DNA of 64,000 nucleotides from NCBI GenBank assembly GCA_004431415.1, contig QPMI01000503.1:124001-188000 (forward strand). The letters run 5' to 3'. Of this stretch, positions 12,952 through 24,558 are shown one piece after another. Numbering within the stretch: position 1 is the stretch's first letter; each line of letters opens with the position of its first letter. This stretch comes from Cyanophora paradoxa CCMP329. Lineage: Eukaryota > Plantae > Glaucophyta. The position numbers and the translations under genes are program-made. Under the pieces are notes generated by a model that was given only the letters and a program-made list of their open reading frames with translations, ran no database searches and was not told the DNA's origin.

Positions 12952-15900
12952 TCAAGGGGGCGCCGGCGCCGGTGCGTCGGGAGCGGCGACGGCGACGGCG
13001 ACGGTCCAGGAGGTGGAGGCGTGGTGGACGGCGACGCCGCCCCCGACGCCCTCGTTGAAGCGGCACGCGAGGGCCACCGTGTAGCGCCGCAGCACCTCGC
13101 CGGGGGTCGCCCTGGCGCGCGCGCGCGAAGTCATAAAAATGAACGGACTCGGGATCGATCGAACGCGGCGCGGGGCTCACAGGTCGAGCTTCTCGTTCCG
13201 CACGAGGCCGGAGAGGTGGACCGTGAATGCGTTGCCGGGGTAAATCTCCCACGCAGCGGGCAGCTGCCACGCCACGCGGCTGGTGTTGAAGGCGAGCTCG
13301 CCCGAGGAGAGCACGTCGGGGTCGTTGGTCCGCACGCGGACGCGGCAGACCCGGTAGATGTCGGGGCAAACGGCCCCCGACACGAGCTCCCAGCTGCCCG
13401 GGCGCACTGGCCTCAGCAATCTGCAATCGCAAGGCCCGCCGCGCGGCGGGGCGGGGGGCCGGCGTCACCTGAGCTGCACGGGAGTCCAGTGCGGGCCGTC
13501 CCTCTCGATGGACGAGGCGGCGATCGGGGGCGGGTGCGCGTACAGCGCGGAGGGCCTGATGACGGGCGCCGATGCACGGTACACCTGAGCGCGCGCAGGC
13601 GTAAGAGACGCAGCGGGGCGTCTCTTACGCGAGAATGCGTCACACCGCGAAGCGCGTCTTGCAGATGGGCTGGCTGCTGGCGCCAGCGAAGATGTTCACA
13701 TCTTTGTGTTGTCTCGTTTCATCCGTAAAGATCTGCGCGAAGACCGCAGACGCGTCAGAGCAGTTCCACTGCACTCAAACAGATGGCACGCGGAACTGAC
13801 CAGCTGGCTGGCGGTATCCAAGTAGGCGCCCTGAGGCGGATGCGGCCGCACGCAGGTCTCCGCTGGAAGCTTGACGTACTCGGGCGACGCGAGGTCCGGC
13901 AGGTTGGCGGAGCACGCTGGCTCCACGAGCGCCTGGGCGACCAGAGGGGGCGGGCACGTGCCGGCGCAGGGGCGCGGGGTCGGGACGTCGACCTGCAGAC
14001 TGAAGCTGCACGTGCCGACGGGGCCGGCGCCCGACGGGTTGTGCACGGTGACGTTCACGCTGTACATGCCGGTGGAAGAGGTCGGGAGGGACCCGTTCCA
14101 CGCCGGGTTGCTCACGTAATCGAAGGCCGGGTACAGCACCTCGCCGGCCGCGGGCGTCTGGCTGATCGTCGCGCCCGTCCCTGCCGCGGCGGTCAGACGC
14201 GATCGCGGGCGGACGAGGATTTCCTGAAATCGGACGGGCGCGCCGGCAAGGGCGAAGTAGCGGGAGAGGTCGGGCATGCGGACGGCGCAGGCGCGGCCGG
14301 TGAAGCCGGGGACGGAGACGCCACCGACGTCCTCGGGCGCGGGGGTGACGCGCATGGGGGCATCGGGGCAGCGGATCTGCATGCAAAACACAGTTTAGCT
14401 CACAACAACCGATCGCACGATAAAGCCTTTGAAGATCATTCAACGCGAAGGCACCTGGTACGCTTTCACGGGCTGCTTGCTCTGGAGATCAGAACCCGGA
14501 CAGGTGTTTGGCGGCTGCGAGTCGGTCGGGTCGGTCGGGTCGGCGGTATCTGCTACCAATGATCACGATCATGCATATGAGGATGCCTTCCCCAACCGAA
14601 AATCGTGTTCTTCTCGATACGACTGTCCGCACCTGTATTGTTGCGGGCGTTGCGGAGCTCGTTGTAGTACGACGCGCTGCTGCCTGAGACGGTCCCGAAG
14701 TCGGTCTGCGCCTCGACCTTCCATCCAAACTCGTTTGGACAGCTGCACAAGCGCCCACGCATGCGCAGTCAGCGATTCCGACTGCAGTGAGCCCGGGGCG
14801 CTCTGGCGCAGCGGCCGGGACCGGATCCGGATCGCCTAACAAGACTCTCGACCGTCGGAGTCTCGGGGCAGCTGCAGCCTAGAGCTAGGCCGCGCGCTGG
14901 TCGACCGAGCCGCCGATCGCGAGCTCGCCCTCAAATCCGAGCGCACCGAACTGCAGTGGTGCCGCCGCAAAACCAGCCCCACACGTCAAAGGGCACGGTG
15001 ACCGAGGCAGGACTGCTCACGCCCTGAGCGAGCTGCGCACGGGTCACGAAGAACAGCATGCGCATGCGGCTTTAGCGAGCTCAATGCAGAGGCGATTCAA
15101 CACGGATATAACGGCCGAGGTGGCTGGCTAGATGCTGGCTGCTCACAGCAGTACTAGGCTTAAATCCGTCTGTGGGAACGTGCCCGTGTCCTATGCGCGC
15201 TATAGCAGCTATGCTGACCATAGGCACTAGAAACCCATAGGGCTCGCCGTGCGCACTGGCCGCAGTGCCACATTCCCCTCGCAAACTAATTTCGCTGAGA
15301 GACCAAGAGGACGAATAAACGTTGTTTAGGAAAAGGGTGCGGTCGGCTTCGGTTTCTTTATTTGAGCTCGTCAGTGGTGAAACTTCTAGATCATCCGATC
15401 GCGATGTGGGAAGAATTCGCGTCGCATCCATCGCGAGGAAAACGTATACGTATCATCAACTTGCGCACCAGCAAACAGTTGGAGCCATCGTGCCACATAT
15501 AACTGCAGAAGTAGACGTTGGCACTCGGGTACGTGGTCACGGGAGTCCACTCGACCGTGCACGGCTGGCCGACGGTGCAAGTCGTGGGCGAAGAGAGCAC
15601 GAACAGTGGAGCCGGCGCTGCGTCCGAACGCCGCCCGTCAGCGATGGAGGAGAGACGTTCCGCGCCTACCGCTATAGCTAGCACTACGATGCGAATGGTA
15701 GACGCCTACAGCGAAACTCGGAGCCGCCGCCTTCGCATCTATACACTGTCCTGCACATGGATCGCGAGCGCCGCGTGCGCTGCAACAAGAGCATCTAGAG
15801 CGACTAGGGCTAGATCTAGAGGCGCAATTGCAAGCGCTGCTCGCGCCCTCGCGATTCACGAATATAAACCCGCCGGCGGTCATGCTCATCATTAGCGCCG

Positions 15901-18900
15901 CATGCGCACCTGGCTGCACGGTGACAGAAAGCGTGGCGAAGTTCAGCGGCGACGTGCTTGACACCACGACCCACTTTGCTTGGCATCCAGAGCTGCGCGC
16001 ACAAATATGAGTTCAGGCTGTACATGTCGGGACCAATCATGCTTACTTGCTATTCTAGAACAATTCTGAAATCGAGACGCGCCGAAAGCTAGCGCTAATT
16101 ATATATAATCGTGACAGAGCTCTTATCAAAGTGAACGCTAAAGGAATAATGTTGACGTGAGATATAGCGCAATTGTTTGTCATGATGTGATCGCGATTTC
16201 AGCGTTCGCTTATCAGTGGGTGCATTGCAGTGCAAGGATCCGGAGCAACGCACGTATCGCTGAAATATCCGCACGCGGTGGTGAACGCATCGTACTCCAG
16301 AGAAACCGATATGGACATTGCCACCGCGGAATCGACGTACTCAAACTGTGCGCACGCGCACCGACATCAGCGCAAGCCGCTGAGCCACGACCACCACCCC
16401 TCGGCCAGTACAACAGATGATCATCGGTATCTATGGATAATATCTAAAACAGCGCAAGCATGCGTGTACATGCGCTCGAGTCTCTAGAATGACTGAGATG
16501 CATACAAAAGCTGGACCTAGACGCGTACGATAAATCTTTTATAGGCTGGGGCCGAGTGATGGGCGTTTCGCACTACAGGGCTCTAGATATCGTTAGAGAT
16601 CTAGCCGCTGTGTGCTGCAAAGGCTCGAGGCTTCCTATATCCCGCGCGTGCGCACCTCGTGGCAGCCCGGGGTGGTGGCGTTGTAGGAGACGTCGGGGAC
16701 GCTCGAGCTGCAGATGAGGACCGAGACGTAGCCCGTGTAGCCCGTCCAGCCGACGGTGCAGGAAGGGGGGTTAAAGCCGCTGCCCCGTTGCCGGCACGTC
16801 CCGTTGGTGTTCGCGCTGATCGAAATCTGCGTCTCGGGCACTGCGTCGTACACATCGTCAATTCGCATCGAAACAGAATTACCCGGACGATAAGAAGCTT
16901 GCTTTAAATATCAATATCTTTCGTGCATAGAATCGCACCGGTTACGTTGCGGGCGTTGCGGAGCTCATTGTAGTACGACGCGCTGCTGCCTGAGACGGTC
17001 CCGAAGTCGGTCTGCGCCTCGACCTTCCATCCAAACTCGTTCGGACAGCTGCACAAGCGCCCACGCATGCGCAGTCAGCGATTCCGACTGCAGTGAGCCC
17101 GGGGCGCTCTGGCGCAGCGGCCGGGACCGGATCCGGATCGCCTAACAGGTACTCTCGACCGTCGGAGTCTCGGGGCAGCTGCAGCCTAGAGCTAGGCCGC
17201 GCGCTGGTCGACCGAGCCGCCGATCGCGAGCTCGCCCTCAAATCCGAGCGCACCGAACTGCAGTGGTGCCGCCGCAAAACCAGCCCCACACGTCAAAGGG
17301 CACGGTGACCGAGGCAGGACTGCTCACGCCCTGAGCGAGCTGCGCACGGGTCACGAAGAACAGCATGCGCATGCGGCTTTAGCGAGCTCAATGCAGAGGC
17401 GATTCAACACGGATATAACGGCCGAGGTGGCTGGCTAGATGCTGGCTGCTCACAGCAGTACTAGGCTTAAATCCGTCTGTGGGAACGTGCCCGTGTCCTA
17501 TGCGCGCTATAGCAGCTATGCTGACCATAGGCACTAGAAACCCATAGGGCTCGCCGTGCGCACTGGCCGCAGTGCCACATTCCCCTCGCAAACTAATTTC
17601 GCTGAGAGACCAAGAGGACGAATAAACGTTGTTTAGAATAAGGGTGCGGTCGGCTTCGGTTTCTTTATTTGCGCTTGTCAGTGGTGAAACTTCTAGATCA
17701 TCCGATCGCGATGTGGGAAGAATTCGCGTCGCATCCATCGCGAGGAAAACGTATACGTATCATCAACTTGCGCACCAGCAAACAGTTGGAGCCATCGTGC
17801 CACATATAACTGCAGAAGTAGACGTTGGCACTCGGGTACGTGGTCACGGGAGTCCACTCGACCGTGCACGGCTGGCCGACGGTGCAAGTCGTGGGCGAAG
17901 AGAGCACGAACAGTGGAGCCGGCGCTGCGTCCGAACGCCGCCCGTCAGCGATGGAGGAGAGACGTTCCGCGCCTACCGCTATAGCTAGCACTACGATGCG
18001 AATGGTAGACGCCTACAGCGAAACTCGGAGCCGCCGCCTTCGCATCTATACACTGTCCTGCACATGGATCGCGAGCGCCGCGTGCGCTGCAACAAGAGCA
18101 TCTAGAGCGACTAGGGCTAGATCTAGAGGCGCAATTGCAAGCGCTGCGCTGCTCGCGCCCTCGCGATTCACGAATATAAACCCGCCGGCGGTCATGCTCA
18201 TCATTAGCGCCGCATGCGCACCTGGCTGCACGGTGACAGAAAGCGTGGCGAAGTTCAGCGGCGACGTGCTTGACACCACGACCCACTTTGCTTGGCATCC
18301 AGAGCTGCGCGCACAAATATGAGTTCAGGCTGTACATGTCGGGACCAATCATGCTTACTTGCTATTCTAGAACAATTCTGAAATCGAGACGCGCCGAAAG
18401 CTAGCGCTAATTATATATAATCGTGACAGAGCTCTTATCAAAGTGAACGCTAAAGGAATAATGTTGACGTGAGATATAGCGCAATTGTTTGTCATGATGT
18501 GATCGCGATTTCAGCGTTCGCTTATCAGTGGGTGCATTGCAGTGCAAGGATCCGGAGCAACGCACGTATCGCTGAAATATCCGCACGCGGTGGTGAACGC
18601 ATCGTACTCCAGAGAAACCGATATGGACATTGCCACCGCGGAATCGACGTACTCAAACTGTGCGCGCGCGCACCGACATCAGCGCAAGCCGCTGAGCCAC
18701 GACCACCACCCCTCGGCCAGTACAACAGATGATCATCGGTGTCTGTGGATAATATATATATCTAAAACAGCGCAAGCATGCGTGTACATGCGCTCGAGTC
18801 TCTAGAATGACTGAGATGCATACAAAAGCTGGACCTAGACGCGTACGATAAATGTTTTATAGGCTGGGGCCGAGTGATGGGCGTTTCGCACTACAGGGCT

Positions 18901-21900
18901 CTAGATATCGTTAGAGATCTAGCCGCTGTGTGCTGCAAAGGCTCGAGGCTTCCTATATCCCGCGCGTGCGCACCTCGTGGCAGCCCGGGGTGGTGGCGTT
19001 GTAGGAGACGTCGGGGACGCTCGAGCTGCAGATGAGGACCGAGACGTAGCCCGTGTAGCCCGTCCAGCCGACGGTGCAGGACGGGGGGTTAAAGCCGCTG
19101 CCCCGTTGCCGGCACGTCCCGTTGGTGTTCGCGCTGATCGAAATCTGCGTCTCGGGCACTGCGTCGTACACGTCGTCAATTCGCATCGAAACAGAAATAC
19201 CCGGACGATAAGAAGCTTGCGTGCTTTAAATATAAATATCTTTCGTGCATAGAATCGCACCGGTTACGTTGCGGGCGTTGCGGAGCTCGTTGTAGTACGA
19301 CGCGCTGCTGCCTGAGACGGTCCCGAAGTCGGTCTGCGCCTCGACCTTCCATCCAAACTCGTTCGGACAGCTGCACAAGCGCCCACGCAGTCAGCAATTC
19401 CGACTGCAACGAGCTCGAGCCCGGGGCGCTCTGGCGCAGCGGCCGGGACCGGATCCGGATCGCCTAACAGGTACTCTCGACCGTCGGAGTCTCGGGGCAG
19501 CTGCAGCCTAGAGCTAGGCCGCGCGCTGGTCGACCGAGCCGCCGATCGCGAGCTCGCCCTCAAATCCGAGCGCACCGAACTGCAGTGGTGCCGCCGCAAA
19601 ACCAGCTCCACACGTCAAAGGGCACGGTGACCGAGGCAGGACTGCTCACGCCCTGAGCGAGCTGCGCACGGGTCACGAAGAACAGCATGCGCATGCGGCT
19701 GTAGCGAGCTCAAGGCACAGGCGATTCAACACGGATATAACGGCCGAGGTGGCTGGCTAGATGCTGGCTGCTCACAGCAGTACTAGGCTTAAATCCGTCT
19801 ATGGGAACGTGCCCGTGTCCTTTGCGCGCTATAGCAGCTACGCTGACCATAGGCACTAGAAACCCATAGGGCTCGCCGTGCGCACTGGCCGCAGTGCCAC
19901 ATTCCCCCCGCAAACTAATTTCGCTGAGAGACCAAGATCTAGATCTAGAGGACGAATGAACATTGCTTAGAATAAGGGTGCGGCTTCGGTTTCTTCATAT
20001 CAGCTTGAGAAACTTCTAGATCATCCGATCGCGATGTCGGGAGAATTCGCGACGCATCCATCACGAGGAAAACGTATACGTATCATCAACTTGCGCACCA
20101 GCAAACAGTTGGAGCCATCGTGCCACATATAACTGCAGAAGTAGACGTTGGCACTCGGGTACGTGGTCACGGGAGTCCACTCGACCGTGCACGGCTGGCC
20201 GACGGTGCAAGTCGTGGGCGAAGAGAGCACGAACAGTGGAGCCGGCGCTGCGTCCGAACGCCGCCCGTCAGCGATGGAGGAGAGACGTTCCGCGCCTACC
20301 GCTATAGCTAGCACTACGATGCGAATGGTAGACGCCTACAGCAAAACTCGCGGCCGCCGCCTTCGCTTCTATACGCTGTCCTGCACATGGATCGCGAGCG
20401 CCGCGTGCGCTGCAACAAGAGCATCTAGAGCGACTAGGGCTAGATCTAGAGGCGCAATTGCAAGCGCTGCGCTGCTCGCGCCCTCGCGATTCACGAATAT
20501 AAACCCGCCAGCGGTGATGCTCATCATTAGCGCCGCATGCGCACCTGGCTGCACAGTAACAGAAAGCGTGGCGAAGTTCAGCGGCGACGTGCTTGACACC
20601 ACGACCCACTTTGCTTGGCATCCAGAGCTGCGCGCGCACAAATATGAGTCCATTTGCATCGTCTGTATTTATGTTAGAAAGCTATCGGAATTTCGAGACG
20701 CGCCGCGAGCCCGGGCTTATATATGCAGCCCATGAGCAAAACAAATGCTAAAAGAGTTCTTATCAATGCGTGATAGCATTCGATCGCTTATATATACTTA
20801 TCAGCAGGCGCGCTGCAAATGGAAGAAGGACGCACTTGTCGGAGAAATACCCGCACACGGCAGTGAACGCATTGTATTGCAGATTTACTGTCAAGTTCAT
20901 TTCCGTCGACGAGTACAGATACGAAAGCTGCGCGCGCCCATATGCCGGCCGCGGTAAGCTCAAGCCACTGAGCCCCGACCATATGCATGGGCCACCGGAA
21001 CCGCGCAGCCGATTTCATGTCTATGGCCAACCCGCCGACTCAAAAGGGCCTCGAGGCTACCTATATCCCGCGCGTGCGCACCTCGTGGCAGCCCGGGGTG
21101 GTGGCGTTGTAGGAGACGTCGGGGACGCTCGAGCTGCAGATGAGGACCGAGACGTAGCCCGTGTAGCCCGTCCAGCCGACGGTGCAGGACGGGATGCCGG
21201 TGGTACCGGTGCCCTGTGATCTGCATTCCGTGCTGCTGCTTGCCGAGATCGTAATCTCCGACGCAAGAAGTGCACGCTGCAGCTGCCCTGTTAACTTGGA
21301 CGCTGACGAAGCGCTGGACGGCCAGTGCCGGAAGGGGCCGCGCTGCTCGGAGGGCTTGACAGCGGCGCCCGCCGTAGGCTGGATGGACCACGTGCGGAAG
21401 GCGGCCGACTCGCCGCCGGCCGCGGAGACGCGGAGGCCGTCCCCGCCATAGTGGACGGCGACGGAGCGGACGGGGCCCTCGGGCACGACGAGCGGCTCCG
21501 AGAGCGCGCCGCTCGAAAGGTCGACGAAGAAGGCGCGCGGCTGGTCCGTCCCGACCGCCGCGAACGCGCCGTGCGGGGCCACGGCGAGCTCCGTGAAGAC
21601 GGCGCCGCTCGGTTCCTGCACGGCGTGCAACTGCACGCCGCGGCGGAGGTCCCACACCCGCAGCGCCGCGCCGGTGCCGTCGATCGCGACGAGCGTGTCG
21701 CCGCTCGCGAGCGCCACGCGCCGAGCCTGCCGCGGGGCGAGCGTCGACGGCAGCCTGAGGGGAGGCGAGAGCGCGCGTGGGGGAGGCGCACCCCGAAAGG
21801 CAGCGTCGCGATCGGGATCCACTCGTCCTTGACAGAGCGGTAGACGCGGACGCTGTCCATGCCCGCCACGGCGAGGGCGGAGCCGTCGGCCGACCAGGCG

Positions 21901-22469
21901 GCGCCGCCGTGGGCGGCCACGGGGAGGCTGGCGGCGAGGGCCCCGTCGGCCGTGCTCCACAACTTCACGCCGGCCTCCCGCGCCCGCGCGCCTGCGCGAG
22001 CGACGCGTCAGCGCTCGTAAACGGGGGGATATCCGCAAGATATATGAGGGGGGCGGGGGGGGGGGAGGAGTGGAGTGAAGTGTGGGGGGGGGAGGAGAGG
22101 GGGGGGATGGACTGGGGAAGCGGACTTGGGAGGAGAGCCAGGGAGCCGGGGAGCAGCGGGCGGGGGGCGGCGGAGGTAGGGGAAGAGGGGCGGAGAGGGG
22201 CGAAGGGCGGGGAGGGGAGGGGGGGGGGGGGAGGAGAGCGGGGGATCTCTTAGACACGACTCGGTTTGGCGCTCTAGACGAGCGGGCGCTCGAATGCCGG
22301 TAGGCGTAGAGCTCACAGGGCCCGGTCTAGGCTAGAGGCTTCGAGCGCTCTCGGGGACAGAGCGCGCGCGCGGGGCGGGGTCGGGGGGGGGGGGGGGGGA
22401 GGGTCGGGGGGGGGGGGGTTAGGAGGAGGAGGAGGGGGGGAGGAGGAGGAGAAGGGAGGAGGAGGAGAA

Positions 22470-22500
<31 letters not shown>

Positions 22501-23338
22501 CGCACCGGAGGTCGCGACGAGCTTGCCGTCCGGCGACACGGAGACCCTGCGCGGCCGGAGTCGGCCCCCGCGCGCCGGGCCCGAGCCCACGGCCCTCGCT
22601 CGCGCAGGCGCACTCGGTGGCCTGCGCGTGGCAGCAGATGCTCCGGACGAAGCGCCCGCTCTCCGCGTCGTGCAGGCTGCGCGGGAGCGAGAGGGAAGCG
22701 CGTGAGCGCGGGGCGGGGCAGGGAGGGACGGGCGGGGCGGCAGGGAGGCACCTTACAGAGCCGTCAGAGGCGAGGGAGGCGACGAGGCTCCCGCCGGCAG
22801 CCGCCGACGTCGACTCGATGCGCACGTCACCGCTGGCGCTGCGGTCGGCGGGCGCTGCGTTAGGCAACAGCGTGCGCGGGCGAGTTCCACGGATCTCGAG
22901 CTCACCGGTGGAGGACCTTAGGGGCGGCGGAGGCCTCGACGCTGGCGCCTGCCGCGCGCGGGCGCCAGACCCGAAGCTCGTGCTCAGAACCCTCTTGACC
23001 TGCGCACAGAGAGCACCAAGTCACGCGCGCGAGGTCAGTTCGGGCGCAGGCAAGGCCACGCCGCGGCGGGAACCAAGCGCGCGCGCGCGCGAACCTTTTG
23101 AGGCGGAGACTACGGCGAGGCCATCGCGCAGCGTCCGAACGGACTGGACGCTGGCGCCCGCCCGGAGGCCCAGGGGCGAATCGCCCTCCAGCCGGGTCTC
23201 GAAGCGCAGCTTCGGCGAGGCGCCCGCGGCGCTGGCGGTCGGGGGCGCTTCCCCAGAGGCCGCCTGCACGCCGGCAGCGCAGGCCAGAGTGGCGAGGACC
23301 ACAAACGCGTACAGCTGCAGGGGCCGCGGGGATGACAT
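12952..23338 (-). CDS. Secreted modular protein: signal peptide + WD40 beta-propeller + 3x(two Cys-containing Ig-like domains) + HYR-like domains; multi-exon
   Basis: Signal peptide MSSPRPLQLYAFVVLATLACAAGVQA; WD40 features (SLASDGSVR, VSPDGKLVAT, VKLWSTADG, AWSADGSALAV, LRVWDLRRG); repeated CTVGWT/CTVEWT modules; CP...CSANLPD and SQTPAAG motifs; most exons join in frame across repeat junctions. Confidence 0.7.
14641..21193. repeat. Intragenic tandem triplication of a ~2.3 kb multi-exon unit (14641-16946, 16947-19268, 19269-~21193)
   Basis: Near-identical exons and introns; the ORF track repeats the same peptides at ~2.3 kb spacing. Confidence 0.95.
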
Positions 23339-24558
23339 CGACCCCCGCGAGCGAGCCCGCGCAGCGTTGGCCATTGAGCCGCTCATTGCCACATGCACAG
23401 CAAATGCGATCGAACAGCTGGTGATGCCGCGAGGCGGGTCGGGCCAGGTGGCAGGCTCTGGCAGCCCGCCGACTACCGATTACGTGCTGCGGTTCGTGCC
23501 CACCGGGCCACGTGCACGAACTCTTCGGAAGGCAGGCGAGCTCACGGGGTCCAAGCCGAGCTGCTCGCCGGCTACCTCGAGCTGCTCGCCGGCTTCTGCA
23601 GCGAGTCCTGCTGCAGCTGGCAGGCTGTGGCAGCTGCCTGAGCTCGCAATCCCGGGATGAATCCCCTACCCCTGCGAGATTCGGAGGACTCGAGTCAAGT
23701 TGAATTGGCGGTCCGCGCCGAACACGACAGTCAACCGGTTTTTTTTTTTGCAATTGCGAGTCAGACGAGCGTTCAACTTGCAACGGCCAGCCGGGCCAGG
23801 CCGGCGCCGTCGCGGGCGACGCCGGCGCCGCGGCGCCCCGGCGGGCCTCGGGCCTCGCGGCCGGCGGGCCGGCGCCGCGGCCGCGCCGCGCGCACGTGCA
23901 CGCTCAGCGGCTGATCGATGTCCGAAAGAGCGTCGGCCGGCCACTGCGCATGCCCTCGGAGCAAGCAGCTAGCAGCGAATGCGCATGCGCGCGCTAGCGC
24001 TCTAGATCTACGAATTCGAATCAAAAAAGCATCGATATCGCGATCGGCGGACTGTTGTTTAAAGAAGCCCACTACATGTACATCTACGTTTACAGCTGTA
24101 GGCGCCCCCGAGCCCCGGCTAGCTATTCTACTAGCTAGCTATGATCATGATCATGGTAGATCCAGCTGCAGATCTAGAATCGGCAGCCGACTCACAAGCT
24201 CTAAATCTGACGTCGACACTGATGAAATCGAAACCTTGCGCATTCAATTTGCAAATGAAGATCAAGGAATTCGAAACCAAAAAATCGATGAGCATCACGA
24301 TCGCTCAGAGAAGAACCTCATAGTATGCGTAACGCTGTCTAGGCCTTGCGCAAAAATATCGCAATGAAATATGGTGTCAAAGTACACGTACTAGCTTGCA
24401 TGCGCGACTACAAAATTGAAATGAAATGAAATTCCACAAATCAATCAATTGACTCGGTGAAAGGAAGGGCGGATTCGGGCGTTCCGAGCTCGAGCTGCAG
24501 CTGTAGGCTAGCGCTCGCGCGAGCTCGAGCTCGATCGCGAGGCGCCGGCTGCGACCGC

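Noticed and set aside
14835-14850. Inactivating frameshift in the first repeat unit
   Set aside because: The best in-frame splice (TTAVR|CPNEFG) places this 1-nt difference inside an intron
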